A DNA stretch of 64,000 nt, taken from contig CAVVUN010000012.1 of NCBI GenBank assembly GCA_963751455.1, positions 192,001 through 256,000 on the forward strand, read 5' to 3'. The stretch comes from Nitrospirota bacterium (GTDB lineage Bacteria > Nitrospirota > UBA9217). Shown in pieces: positions 20,111-30,376 of this stretch (positions within the stretch are counted from its first letter, which is position 1; each line of letters begins with the position of its first letter). The position numbers and the translations under genes were made by a program. The notes under the pieces are model-generated. The model worked only from the letters and a program-made list of their open reading frames with translations. It searched no databases and was not told the origin of the DNA.

Positions 20111-20827
20111 TTACGGTGTCGTTTTTTCTCTCTCTTCTCTCAGAGTCTGCTGCATGGCGCTTGCTACCAAGCCTGCTGGAATGGCAATTACTCCTATTCC
20201 GACAATGAGAACCACGAAAGTAAATATTCTTCCGCCTGCGGTTACGGGATACGCGTCGCCGTAGCCTACTGTTGTTAGTGTTACTACAGCCCACCACATA
20301 CTATGGAAAATCGACTTAAATGCTTCTGGTTGAGCTTCTCGCTCGAAATAATAAATGCCCATTGATGCAAAAAAAATCAGAAATACACAGGCAATGATGA
20401 AAATAATTAACTCTTCTCGTATCATCCCTAAAGCCCGGCCGAATCGTTTAATAGCTTTGCTGTAGCGGAACAACTTTAACAAGCGGAACATTCTAAAAAG
20501 CCGGAGAACGCGAATGGATCGAAGATCAACCCCGGCCGTTACATAGAAAGGAAGCACGGCCAGCAAATCAACCATTCCGTAGAAACTGAAGATGAATCGG
20601 AGTTTCTGCCTGGTCACATAGATGCGAAGCAGGTATTCGATAGAGAAAATTATGACTGTAATTAATTCGAGGTACGCGAGAACTTTACGCGTTGTGGCAG
20701 TAAGATCAGGAAGCGTTTCAATGCAGAAGGAAATGAGCGAGACAATGATGAGCGCCTGTATAAAGAAGGCGAAAGCACGCCCGGCCTTCGTATCGCTCTC
20801 TTCGATTATTTGTCGGAGGTTCATCAC
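20111..20827 (-). CDS. Voltage-gated potassium channel / ion transporter
   Basis: S4 RSIRVLRLFRMFRLLKLFR; pore WWAVVTLTTVGYGD. Confidence 0.92.
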   Translation of the reverse strand: MMNLRQIIEESDTKAGRAFAFFIQALIIVSLISFCIETLPDLTATTRKVLAYLELITVIIFSIEYLLRIYVTRQKLRFIFSFYGMVDLLAVLPFYVTAGVDLRSIRVLRLFRMFRLLKLFRYSKAIKRFGRALGMIREELIIFIIACVFLIFFASMGIYYFEREAQPEAFKSIFHSMWWAVVTLTTVGYGDAYPVTAGGRIFTFVVLIVGIGVIAIPAGLVASAMQQTLREEREKTTP

Positions 20828-21056
20828 ACCTCAATTTGCAGAATTTGACAGCAAACCAGGGGACATTATTGTTATTTTGATAAAATTTCAGAGAACGCTG
20901 CTATCTTTGATGGGTGATCTGATTATATGCTTACGCATGTTGTTGTCAACAAATATGTTGTTTAAGTCTGTATTAAATGGGCGTTGATTTTCGGATTTCG
21001 AATTGCGGATTGCGGAATGTTGGTGAACAGACGGAATTGCGACGAAAGCGGCCTGA

Positions 21057-21371
21057 TTAATCCAGCTTAATGCTTCTCAGCTGTTCCGCAGCATCTTCAG
21101 GGGCGATGGTGTTTACTGACGGGCCTGATCCCATTTCGAACCCTGTCGGGATGTTCGTCCTCGGGCAGATTTCTATGTGCCAATGGAAAAACGAGGTGCT
21201 CCCCGCATATTCTGGACCGTGGGGCACTGAATGGATGAAGAAATTATACTGCGCTCCGCTCAATCTGCTGTTCAGTCTCGCCATGGTCCTTTTGAAAAGA
21301 ACGGCCAGATCTGCAAGGTCCTGATCGCTTGACGAGAGAAAATCAGCGGAGTGTGCAAGCGGCAGAATATG
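21057..21371 (-). pseudogene. galT: Galactose-1-phosphate uridylyltransferase, C-terminal fragment
   Basis: HILPLAHSADF..YNFFIH..FHWHIEICPR..GFEMGSG..PEDAAEQLR; no start, cut next to the mini-element at 21392. Confidence 0.8.
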
Positions 21372-21391
21372 AGCATCTTCAGAGCATCTTC

Positions 21392-21466
21392 AGGGTCAAG
21401 TCTTTTTCGTTGCATCATCATCGTTGATGACACCGGAGTCGATTTCAAGGAGAAAGACTTGACCCT
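21392..21466. mobile_element. ~75-bp TIR mini-element, copy 2 (perfect 14-bp TIR)
   Basis: AGGGTCAAGTCTTT ... AAAGACTTGACCCT. Confidence 0.85.
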
Positions 21467-21563
21467 GTGCCTCTGCTCCGTTCGCCCTCGGCTTGTCGAA
21501 GGACAAACGGAGGATTTTTTAACAGCGGCAAACGAGTGACCGATATTTTATTTCAATTATCTT

Positions 21564-21749
21564 TCAGGCGCTCTTCGTGCGGGTGCTTTTGTACCGCTCC
21601 AGGCACGGCTCACATACGCCGTCATGCTCGGACCAGCCAGGGAAGTCCCGCTTCATCCGGCTGATTACCAGTTCGTCGGCTGTACGGTGCAGCTCATAAA
21701 GCAACGCAGGAACTTTCTTTTTACACAATGGGCACTGTATCGTCTTCAT
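21564..21749 (-). CDS. Small putative zinc-binding protein
   Basis: CPLC..H..FPGW...DGVCEPC; AGGAA RBS. Confidence 0.55.
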   Translation of the reverse strand: MKTIQCPLCKKKVPALLYELHRTADELVISRMKRDFPGWSEHDGVCEPCLERYKSTRTKSA

Positions 21750-21822
21750 AGCAAAATTCCTTTTCGTTCATTACGACAGATTAAAAAACACTGAATCTCG
21801 ATTCTCCTTTTCAAATCTTTAG

Positions 21823-22014
21823 TTATTTGCACGCCTTACAGCTGGAAAAGCCGAACAGGGCATAGGGCGGGCACCAGCCGATCAGGCCGGTCGCAAGCGG
21901 GACAATTCCAAGACAGGCCCATGCTGATTGAGGCCCCGTAAAGGCCAGGGATAGAATAGCACTGCCTGCGATAATCCTGATTATTCTTTCAACTCCACCA
22001 ATGTTCTTTTTCAT
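21823..22014 (-). CDS. DUF2892 (YgaP-like) membrane protein
   Basis: NIGGVERIIR..GLIGWCPPYALFGFSSC; AGGAGG RBS. Confidence 0.9.
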   Translation of the reverse strand: MKKNIGGVERIIRIIAGSAILSLAFTGPQSAWACLGIVPLATGLIGWCPPYALFGFSSCKACK

Positions 22015-22276
22015 ACTGTCCTCCTTAAATAATTTTCGGCGCCGGCATGACTGCCGTACCGTTCTGTTGTACGGAAGATATCAGAAAGGACTAATGGAGT
22101 CTGTGACTAAGTCACAAAGAAGCTGAAAAAGAAAGACCTGGACGAGGGAGGTGAAATAGATATTCAAGGGCAGGACATCAGAGGGATTAGCCGCAAAAAA
22201 GCACAAAAGGCACAAAAGAGAAAATTCACTTTTGCGAATCCTGCGCAGCTTTGCGGGCCAAATCAAGGAAGGAGCT

Positions 22277-22909
22277 TTATTTTTTCAAAAGTGTAATCAT
22301 ATTCCGTGAGAGCTTGACAAGCAGGCTGCGTTCGAAGTCCTTCAGCAAGCGGCTTACGACCTCGCGTGAGGTGCCCAGATCATTTGCGATCTTCTGGTGC
22401 GTGATCTCGATCATGCCGTTCTCCGATTTTTCAACAAGGTAGTCCATAACCCGCTCGTCCATCCTCCCGAAGGCAATTTCTTCCACCAGTTCCATGACCA
22501 TTGTCATTCGTTCGGTCATTATGGAAAAGACGAAATTTCTCATCTGGTCGGATTCTGCCACCATATGCCGGAAATTCTGCGACGGGCAAAGCATGAGGTC
22601 AGTCTCGCTAAGGGTCAGGGCATACGCAGGATAGGATTTCCCCGAGAGGATGCACGATGCATTCAGGATGCAGGTCTCGCCCGGCCCGATCTCGTAAAGC
22701 GTAATCTCCCTGCCTGTTTCGCCGATTTTGTAAACGCGGATGTCTCCGGAAAAAACAAAGGCTATCGCTGAGCAGGCATCGCCCTCGCTGTAAAGCCGGC
22801 TCCCGGCCGGCACCTTTTTGCGGCTGCAGGCAGATAAAAAATCCTGCAGCAGCCCTTCGCTCACGCCCTTGAATGCGGGAAACGTTTTTAGGAAGTCATT
22901 TTGTTTCAT
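22277..22909 (-). CDS. Crp/Fnr family transcriptional regulator
   Basis: GREITLYEIGPGETCIL; HTH THQKIANDLGTSREVVSRLLK; start uncertain (22909 or 22948). Confidence 0.9.
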   Translation of the reverse strand: MKQNDFLKTFPAFKGVSEGLLQDFLSACSRKKVPAGSRLYSEGDACSAIAFVFSGDIRVYKIGETGREITLYEIGPGETCILNASCILSGKSYPAYALTLSETDLMLCPSQNFRHMVAESDQMRNFVFSIMTERMTMVMELVEEIAFGRMDERVMDYLVEKSENGMIEITHQKIANDLGTSREVVSRLLKDFERSLLVKLSRNMITLLKK

Positions 22910-22986
22910 AGCGAGAGGTATCTTAAGGGGAAGAACAATATTTGTCAATTAAAGATGAAGAGTTGAGGGTCAGGTCTACTTTGATG

Positions 22987-23153
22987 GGAGATCGCGGCGA
23001 GCCTCGGTAAGAACGAGTCGGCCAGCCTCAAGATCCTTCCGGAAGACAATACTGCTCCGCCCGGAGTTCCCGATCGCCGCATTGTCCGTTTCGAAAAAGG
23101 AAGCGTTGTTTTCAAGGAGGGGGATCCCGGAAGCGGGATGTTCTGTGTGCTCA
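22987..23153 (+). pseudogene. Internal fragment copy of the yihY-cNMP gene between two TIR motifs
   Basis: Matches 12140-12305; preceded by AGGGTCAGGTCTACTTTGATG (22966-22986), followed by the mini-element at 23164. Confidence 0.8.
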
Positions 23154-23163
23154 GAACATCTTC

Positions 23164-23238
23164 AGGGCCAAGTCTTTTTCGTTGCATCATCATCTGTGAT
23201 GACACCGGAGTCGATTTCAAAGAGAAACACTTGACCCT
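23164..23238. mobile_element. ~75-bp TIR mini-element, copy 3
   Basis: AGGGCCAAGTCTTT ... AAACACTTGACCCT. Confidence 0.8.
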
Positions 23239-23416
23239 ATTTATTGCGAAGAGGATGCATGAAGGGACGAAGATAATCCAGAGTTGTTTTTTCGGATTTC
23301 AGTATAAACGCCGATAAAAATGCCGCCATGTTAAATGTAAGGATCTGACCATATGATGTTTGCTCAAATAAAGAGCACGCTCCTGATCGGAGCGGGCTCT
23401 TTTGTTATAACCCTCA

Positions 23417-23653
23417 TTACTCGGGTTCAGGCAGGGGCTCGTTCATGGCCATATCCTTGATAAACTGGTCCACCTCTTCCCGGGCGATAATCCCATCCAG
23501 CGGCAATGCAAAGACTGTTTTTTTCATTCGGCTGTCTTCAGTATCCCCGGGTTCTATCATATCCACATCTACGACCGTCATCTGAACCGGTCCTGTTGCG
23601 TAAGCATCAATCACAGCTCCACTCTTTACTTTGAGAATGATCTGGTCGCTCAT
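23417..23653 (-). CDS. Small acidic hypothetical protein
   Basis: AAGGAGG RBS; hairpin terminator at 23367-23406 downstream. Confidence 0.65.
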   Translation of the reverse strand: MSDQIILKVKSGAVIDAYATGPVQMTVVDVDMIEPGDTEDSRMKKTVFALPLDGIIAREEVDQFIKDMAMNEPLPEPE

Positions 23654-24272
23654 CGTTCCTCCTTTCCGATTCGGCCCCTACTCGTTCAACGAATGCGGAG
23701 CCCATATTATCAAGATATGACGATCGAATTGCCGCGACTGTCATTCTGATCCTTGAGGCTCACTGAAAAGCGGGGCACGATCGTCACATTTAATGAATAT
23801 ATCATTTTATTTTTCGATTTGTCGCTTCTCACAAAGAATATAGGCATTTAGCCGCAAAGATGCTCACAATGCGCAAAGGAATATTTTTTATTTGGCGTTT
23901 TATGTGCCTTCGGAAGTAGCTGAGAGTAATCTAGAAATAAAACATCGGAACGACTGCTGAATGAGACACCTTTTGCTATCTATAAAAGCGAAAGGGGAAG
24001 GCACGGTGAGAACCAGTTATAAATAAGTAGAGCATGAAGATAAACTTCACAGCCAATAAAATCTTCTGTTAAGAATAAGCCGCTGACGTTGACATAGGCG
24101 ATGCTTTTCGAACTGTGCGTAAATAATTTGTTTAATCCATTGTTTTTGATAAAATTACATGCTACCGTTTAACTAGTATCTTGTTCTCTCCCTCACTGTC
24201 GGGAGTCATCCTGGAAGCAACGAGGAAGTAAAACTGAATCTAAAAACCGTCATTTACGGAAGGATAGAAACT

Positions 24273-24599
24273 ATGCCGCTCTATTTATCGAAATTCAGCT
24301 ACACGCCGGAGACGTGGGCCAGGTTGATCCGCAACCCGGAGGACCGCCGAAAAGCCGCTCAAGCGTACATTGAGTCGGTCGGCGGGAAACTGCACGGGTT
24401 CTGGTATGCCTTCGGTACGCACGACGGCTACAATCTGTGGGAGGCTCCCGACAACATCTCCATGGCCGCGGTTGCGTTGGCGATAAGTGGTGGAGGTGCA
24501 CTCAGCTCGTTCGAAACGACAGTCCTTTTGACCGTCGACGAAACCATGGAAGCCTTGCGCAAAGCCGGGCAAGTGCAATACCGGGCGCCGGGCGCTTAG
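24273..24599 (+). CDS. GYD domain protein
   Basis: YTPETWARLIRNPEDR..VGGKLHGFWYAFGTHDG..FETTVLLT. Confidence 0.85.
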   Translation: MPLYLSKFSYTPETWARLIRNPEDRRKAAQAYIESVGGKLHGFWYAFGTHDGYNLWEAPDNISMAAVALAISGGGALSSFETTVLLTVDETMEALRKAGQVQYRAPGA

Positions 24600-24675
24600 C
24601 AGTTCTCTTTAGGCTGGAATAAATTCTGAAAATAGCTGACATTGGCTAATTGTTCGGTATCATTTCGGCGGCAAA

Positions 24676-25239
24676 TCAGCGGCGGCGACGGATGGTCCGG
24701 AAGGTCACCGAATAGCGAAGAGAATCTACATCCGGGATACTGTGTTCCCACTTGATACGAGAGATGCCGCGGAGAAGGTAGGCGGAGCGTGGTTGGGCCG
24801 TAAGCGAATATCGCTCCCATGTCGAGTCGATTTTTCGCCTTAGCCGGAAGATGCAGGGCGAGACGAGAGAAATGCCGATTACGTCGCCGAAGACCGCTTT
24901 GTCCACGTGCCATCCAATACCTGCGCCAGGGCGGTACTCAGTGATCAGCGCGTGAGGCAGTTCTTCAGCAGCCAGATCCGCGAACCGGGCGGCGCGGTCT
25001 CTCAGCCTTATGAGGAACGCGGGGATCGGTTCTGCCGGGACCAGCCTGTGCGATTCGAAATCGTAGTCCCAGCCATAAGAGATCGTACGCCGCTTTGCGA
25101 TATAGCCCTGGAATTCAAACTCCTTAAGCGGAAGTTCTTTGATCCGTTCTGCAAGCTCCCGCTCCTCGTCAGGCGGCACGACCTCTTCTTGGTAACGGAA
25201 TCCTTCTGGCTCTGCTTGACCTGTTTCCTTCATAATCAT
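24676..25239 (-). CDS. AlkB-family 2OG-Fe(II) dioxygenase
   Basis: EYRPGAGIGWHVD (HxD), WEHSI, RYSVTFR. Confidence 0.88.
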   Translation of the reverse strand: MIMKETGQAEPEGFRYQEEVVPPDEERELAERIKELPLKEFEFQGYIAKRRTISYGWDYDFESHRLVPAEPIPAFLIRLRDRAARFADLAAEELPHALITEYRPGAGIGWHVDKAVFGDVIGISLVSPCIFRLRRKIDSTWERYSLTAQPRSAYLLRGISRIKWEHSIPDVDSLRYSVTFRTIRRRR

Positions 25240-25904
25240 GAACCCTTCCGCCTTCTGTTTGTAATTATCTCTCTATCTTGAGTTTAACAAAGACGGCTCT
25301 TCTTTTTTTATCCTGGTTAGACGTCACCCGGCGAAAATCTTTTACGGCATGCTCGGTCGTCCTCGTTACGATAGAAATTTCTTTGTCCACTAGCCCCTCT
25401 CCCTTCTGGGAGAGGGACTGGGTGCGGGCGGAAACAGCCTGCATTCGCGCTTTGCACAATACTTAGACTCATTGTCGTACCATCTCGCTGAGAACCGCGA
25501 GACGGGAATCAAGGGCCTCATAAGCGCTGGCCGCAGGCTCGCCAACCTTCGGGCTCAGACACCCTGCACTCGCGCGCGGCACTCGTGAACGCTGGGCTCA
25601 GACAGTCCGAAATGTTTAACCCTCGGATTCGGTCGCATGCCTATATTTTCGGATGGGAATTCCGACCGCAACGTCTTCAAATCGAAAAACTACCTTCATA
25701 AAACCCGGAAGACCCCACAAAAAGGTGCCAGCATTATAAACTCCCCCCTGGAGGCCGAGGACAGAACCATCCGCTTCCCCGGTTGTTTGAAAAGACGAGC
25801 AAAAATAGCGACGTTCTCCCATGCCAGGAAACGATGCGCACCGAGACAAGCAGATCGAATACATTTCCAGTGATTTACCCCGTCCGGTGTTCTATAATAG
25901 ACCC

Positions 25905-26732
25905 ATGGACAGGAAAGACTATTACAAGATACTGGGCGTAAGTGAGACTGCAGCGCCCGACGAAATAAAAAAAAGCTATCGCAATCTTGCATTCCGCTAT
26001 CATCCTGATAAAAATCCGGGCAGTCAGGAGCTGATGAAGGAGATCAATGAAGCGTATGCCGTCCTATCCAACCCGGAGAAGAGGCGGGACTATGATCATC
26101 TGAGGCAGAGTTTCGGCTCCACAGCGAGGGACCGGTTCAGACAGACCCATACGGACGAGGACATCTTCCGGAACTCGGACATCAACCAGATCTTTGAAGA
26201 ATTCAGCAGGATTTTCGGATTCAGCAGACCTGAAGATATCTTCAGCGGCAATAATTTTTACGGTCGCAATTACAGAGAGTTCAAATTCAAAGGCCCCGGC
26301 GTTTCCGGCAGGGGCTTCTTTTTTTTCGGACCACTGGGAAATGCCTATCGTTCCGATAGAGGGACCGCGCAAAAGGGTTCATTGGCCTCTAAAGTCATGC
26401 TGAAGGGACTCGAAATGTTCCAGAAGATGGCGGCAAAGAGGCTGGGCATAGTCCTGCCGGAAAAAGGGAAAAACCTTGGCGATTCACTCGCGGTAACGCC
26501 GGAGGAGGCTTCCTCCGGAGGAAAGGTCAAGTACATCCTCAATCAGCCCGGTAAATCCAGGGAAATCCTCATCACCGTTCCGCCTGGGATCGGAGAGGGG
26601 CAGAAGATCAAACTCAAAGGTCTGGGCGAAGAGGGAAAGCACGGGGGTGAAACAGGCGATCTTTTTCTCAAGGTCAGGATTCGCCGGCCCTTTTTTGAAT
26701 TCTGGAGAAAGCGGAGCGAACGGAGACGATAA
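25905..26732 (+). CDS. DnaJ-class (CbpA-like) co-chaperone
   Basis: [15 protein letters not shown]-domain; C-terminal IKLKGLG..GDLFLKV; TATAAT 7 nt upstream of ATG (possibly leaderless). Confidence 0.9.
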   Translation: MDRKDYYKILGVSETAAPDEIKKSYRNLAFRYHPDKNPGSQELMKEINEAYAVLSNPEKRRDYDHLRQSFGSTARDRFRQTHTDEDIFRNSDINQIFEEFSRIFGFSRPEDIFSGNNFYGRNYREFKFKGPGVSGRGFFFFGPLGNAYRSDRGTAQKGSLASKVMLKGLEMFQKMAAKRLGIVLPEKGKNLGDSLAVTPEEASSGGKVKYILNQPGKSREILITVPPGIGEGQKIKLKGLGEEGKHGGETGDLFLKVRIRRPFFEFWRKRSERRR

Positions 26733-26839
26733 AGCTTCTCACCCTGAGAATCGAGCTCCCTGCAACTTATGAAAAGTCAAACATTATAGACCCTGCTGTT
26801 CTTGCGGCACAAGATGCTGTTGTTGTTATTGAAGCGCCC

Positions 26840-28345
26840 TTACCCCGCCGGCTGAGGCACCGATCCTGAGTAAAACGGCGCGCACTTTTCCCGCTGAATG
26901 AATTTCCTCGCGCTCTTGAGGGCGTTTGACATTGGCCCGGTAATTGACTTAAGCGCGCTTGCCTCGATCTCCGGCTTGAGCAATGGTCCATGCACTTTCT
27001 GCCTGTACACAGCGCACCCCCGCTTATCAAGCACTGCTACGGATGTGTCAATAAGCCGGTCGTTGACGAGATTCAATCCTCCCCTCATGGCGATCCTGTG
27101 CTTGTTTGAAGCAAGGGCCACATCCGACGCTTCCGCAATGCCGTGATCGACTTTCCAGATTGCAACGAGTTTTTTGATGCTCCCTTCTCCGCCTCGTGAC
27201 TCTTCGTGATACAGACGTCCGAAATTATAGCTCTTGGTGAGCAACGGTCCGAACGGGCCCGCAAGTAAGAACGCCCCGGCGTCCACAAGGTTGAAGTTCT
27301 GGCAGCGCTTGAATTTTGAGACAAGGGCATCGATATTGGCGCCGGAGAACGTAACATTTTCGCCTTTCAGGGAAACGTCGCCGCTGAGCGACCGTTTCAT
27401 CTCATCCATGCTCTTCCCCTTTGCAGTCAGGTTCGCGGAAAAGTCCGTCAGCCCTTCTATGGTTTTTGCAGGGATGTTTTTGGGCGAGAATTCCCGGATA
27501 AGGTCTGCGATTCTGAACCGGCTGAGAGCACAGAACACCCGGTAACGAGGGGCTGCACCCGTCGCGTCCAGGTGCAAGCTCCCTTTCCCGCTCCCCCCGA
27601 AAACGTTCATCCTGGCCCGTTCGATATCGAACATTCCCCTTCTTCCTGTTATTTTCATCGCGATGTTCGATACGGCGAGGTTGTTGCTCTTGACTGTCCT
27701 GCACCTGATATCCCCGGTGAATGAAATGTTCCTGAGCAGCTCCGCTGAATCCGACCCGCTGTATGAAACGTTTCGGAGGGTCAGATCAAGGCGTTCCGCT
27801 TCAATCTTTTCTCCGGATAACTTATCTGTAAAAACAAGCGTCCCCTGAAAGATGGACGACGCCGGTATCGAAAGCGGTTTTTCCGACGGCGCCGGCCCTG
27901 GTTTGTCAAAATTGAACGTTCCGTTCCGGTAACGGACTACGGACATGGCCGGCCTCACGAACTCGACCCGTCGTATCCGGACTTCGCCCCGCGCAAGGGG
28001 AATGAGTTCCAGGCCGATCGTCATCTTCTCAATAGTGGCGACATTGGTTCCCTTGTTTCGGACGCTGACGTCCTCCATCGATATCGCGAACCCGGGAGTA
28101 AAAACGATGCCCATCCTGCCGTTGATCCGGACATCCATTCCCGCAGCCTGCGAGGCAGCTGCTTCGACCTGCGGTTTAAAGGTTTTGATTTCGAGCAGGA
28201 GAGCCGCGATGATCGCTGCAACAAGGACGATTACGATCGTTGCTATAAATATTTTTTTTTCTTCTGTACTATCATTTTTCACATTCGTCGAACTTGACAA
28301 CGTAAATTTTGATTTGACGTTGGAATGGGTAGCGAGAGGGCGCAA
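26840..28345 (-). CDS. AsmA family protein, copy 1 (start region differs by 1 nt from copy 2)
   Basis: AsmA-like N-anchor and LSGDVSLKGEN..NLVDAGA region; near-identical to 57684-59120. Confidence 0.75.
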   Translation of the reverse strand: MRPLATHSNVKSKFTLSSSTNVKNDSTEEKKIFIATIVIVLVAAIIAALLLEIKTFKPQVEAAASQAAGMDVRINGRMGIVFTPGFAISMEDVSVRNKGTNVATIEKMTIGLELIPLARGEVRIRRVEFVRPAMSVVRYRNGTFNFDKPGPAPSEKPLSIPASSIFQGTLVFTDKLSGEKIEAERLDLTLRNVSYSGSDSAELLRNISFTGDIRCRTVKSNNLAVSNIAMKITGRRGMFDIERARMNVFGGSGKGSLHLDATGAAPRYRVFCALSRFRIADLIREFSPKNIPAKTIEGLTDFSANLTAKGKSMDEMKRSLSGDVSLKGENVTFSGANIDALVSKFKRCQNFNLVDAGAFLLAGPFGPLLTKSYNFGRLYHEESRGGEGSIKKLVAIWKVDHGIAEASDVALASNKHRIAMRGGLNLVNDRLIDTSVAVLDKRGCAVYRQKVHGPLLKPEIEASALKSITGPMSNALKSARKFIQREKCAPFYSGSVPQPAG

Positions 28346-28448
28346 TGCGGATCTCCTGCAAAACTGCAGTTGATGTTATTTTACGGGAGGGTTGGGGAAA
28401 AGTATGTGATTTCGATTACGGAGGTCGATGATATTTTTCCGGGGAACC

Positions 28449-28597
28449 AACTCAGGGGTCTGGGAGAAGAGGGAAAGCCCGGGGTGAACAGGCGATCGTT
28501 CTCTCAAGGTCCAATTCGCCTGTTTTTTTTGAATGCTGGAGAAAGCGGAGCGAACGGATACGAGAAAGCTTCTCACCCCTGAGAATCGAGCTCCCTG
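28449..28597 (+). pseudogene. Degenerate copy of dnaJ 3' end and downstream flank (copy A)
   Basis: Matches 26611-26762. Confidence 0.8.
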
Positions 28598-28671
28598 GTT
28601 TATCGGTGGCTCCATTCGATGACTCTTGATCAGTTTTCTCTACTCTACCTAAATGTTCGGTATCGCATTTT

Positions 28672-29931
28672 TTACAGCTCCCACGGGTACCCGATGAAAA
28701 TGCTCGGTGCAATCCCTTCGCTTCCTGTTGCCAGATCGGCCCTGAACACAACGCCGGATGCCGTTATCATCCGCAGCCCGACACCGGTCGTCGAACGCCA
28801 AGTGTCCCCGAGTTCGCTCCGCTGATCAGCGACGCTTCCCGTTTCGTAATAGAGCGCAATCTGCCATGACGTCCTCACGTCCTTCATTATGAAAATATCG
28901 TACGGCGTCGATTCGTCCGTCAGGTTCCAGCGGACTTCAGAGCCGAAGAAGAGGGTATGCGCGCCCGAGAACCGTCCCGCGGGATACGACCGGAGCTGAT
29001 TGAATCCGCCAAGCGAGCGCGCGGTCCCGTAGGTGTTGTTCGCGACGGTATTGTACAGAAAATCCTGGCAGAGCTGCCGCTCTCCGGGATCCGCGATCGA
29101 GCCGCAATCAACGCCCTGCTCCGTTGCGACGAGTGCCGCGTTCGTTTCGCCCTGTCGCACCACGTGGGCGTCCGAGCGGAATAAGTTGAACACCCAGGTG
29201 CTCCGTTTTCCCAGGGAAACATAGGCAGTCGCATTATAGTCCATGACATAATAACGCGGCCCGTGTTCCAGGGGCGGACTGGAAGACCAGTTGGTGTCTA
29301 GCCGTACCCCTCTTCGCGGGTCCCGATAATCGTCCGTCAGATCGATCCGCGTGCCGAACATGCTGACGTACCCCCGTTCAACAGCCGCATTCTCCGCTTC
29401 TATGATGACATTGCCGGCCCGGTCCCGGATGCTCCTGAGCTGCTGTGTCCCATGGTAATATGCTCCGTAAAATTCCAGCCGGCGCTCCAGAAATGTCGCG
29501 GTAAGACGCGTCCCGATATAGGCCATGCCTCCCATCTCTATATTGGTAAAATCATTCTTCCCCGACTTCATTCCCCGCTGGCTGTAGTTCTGGGCCGTCG
29601 CTGCGCTCAGTCCGCTGTAGCCCGCATCAAGAATAAGGTTTTCAGGCAGGACCTGGACATCGGCGACGCTCAGGGCCAGACCTCTTACGTCCCCGCCGAA
29701 GACCATGCCATAGGCATCGGTCGTCGTGTTCTTGATGTTCATCAGTCCTCCGACCACACCAATCCCCTGGCCGATCCCCGGCAGACTGTAGGGATAGGGG
29801 AAAAGGGCGTAGCCCAGGGTTGTCTCGAATTGAGGTTTTCGCCGGTCCGGGATCGAAAGAGCATGAGCAATCGGTGCGACAAGGGAAACAACGATCAGAC
29901 CGATGATGAAACCGAACAATTTTCTTTTCAT
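28672..29931 (-). CDS. Outer-membrane beta-barrel protein (Omp85/BamA-TamA-like)
   Basis: Signal peptide, LRSYPAGRF (VRGY-like loop), GVGLR, terminal FIGYPW strand. Confidence 0.65.
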   Translation of the reverse strand: MKRKLFGFIIGLIVVSLVAPIAHALSIPDRRKPQFETTLGYALFPYPYSLPGIGQGIGVVGGLMNIKNTTTDAYGMVFGGDVRGLALSVADVQVLPENLILDAGYSGLSAATAQNYSQRGMKSGKNDFTNIEMGGMAYIGTRLTATFLERRLEFYGAYYHGTQQLRSIRDRAGNVIIEAENAAVERGYVSMFGTRIDLTDDYRDPRRGVRLDTNWSSSPPLEHGPRYYVMDYNATAYVSLGKRSTWVFNLFRSDAHVVRQGETNAALVATEQGVDCGSIADPGERQLCQDFLYNTVANNTYGTARSLGGFNQLRSYPAGRFSGAHTLFFGSEVRWNLTDESTPYDIFIMKDVRTSWQIALYYETGSVADQRSELGDTWRSTTGVGLRMITASGVVFRADLATGSEGIAPSIFIGYPWEL

Positions 29932-29935
29932 AGTT

Positions 29936-30142
29936 TTATTTCTCCTTTAAACCGCGAACTTTCGCTTTGATCTTTGAGCTATTTCCCGGCGCTTCCTTCT
30001 CCGCCAGATCGAGGATTCTAATAAGTTCCCCGGCGCACGCAAAACTCTTAATTTGACCGCGTTCTATAAACTCGACCTGACCCGCGGCTTTGCCCGGATT
30101 CCTTTTATCGCGTCGATAGATCCGTATTACATAGCTGTCCAT
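29936..30142 (-). CDS. Small hypothetical protein between the regulator and the outer-membrane gene
   Basis: GGAG RBS; MDSYVIRIYRR..GQVE..F..EL..IL pattern. Confidence 0.65.
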   Translation of the reverse strand: MDSYVIRIYRRDKRNPGKAAGQVEFIERGQIKSFACAGELIRILDLAEKEAPGNSSKIKAKVRGLKEK

Positions 30143-30376
30143 ATTTTCTCCGCTTCCTGGGTAACCGTGAAACGATGGGACAAACTAAAATAGAATTAAA
30201 TCAACTGGGGGACACAATACGGTGCACGTACCCACGGATTACCCACGCATTGCCATGAATTTTTGGCGTAACGATATGCAAGTGAATTCAAGGAATTAAG
30301 AGCAATACTGAGAAATTCGGGGATGAAAGAGAAGGGACTTATTAAGAAAAGATTTAAAGATAGGCGAAGAAAGGGC

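Noticed and set aside
20986-21020. Heptamer-like runs (CGGATTT/CGGATTG; also about 37990-38030 and 41410-41438)
   Set aside because: Short degenerate intergenic repeats with no associated gene here; too weak to assign a function.
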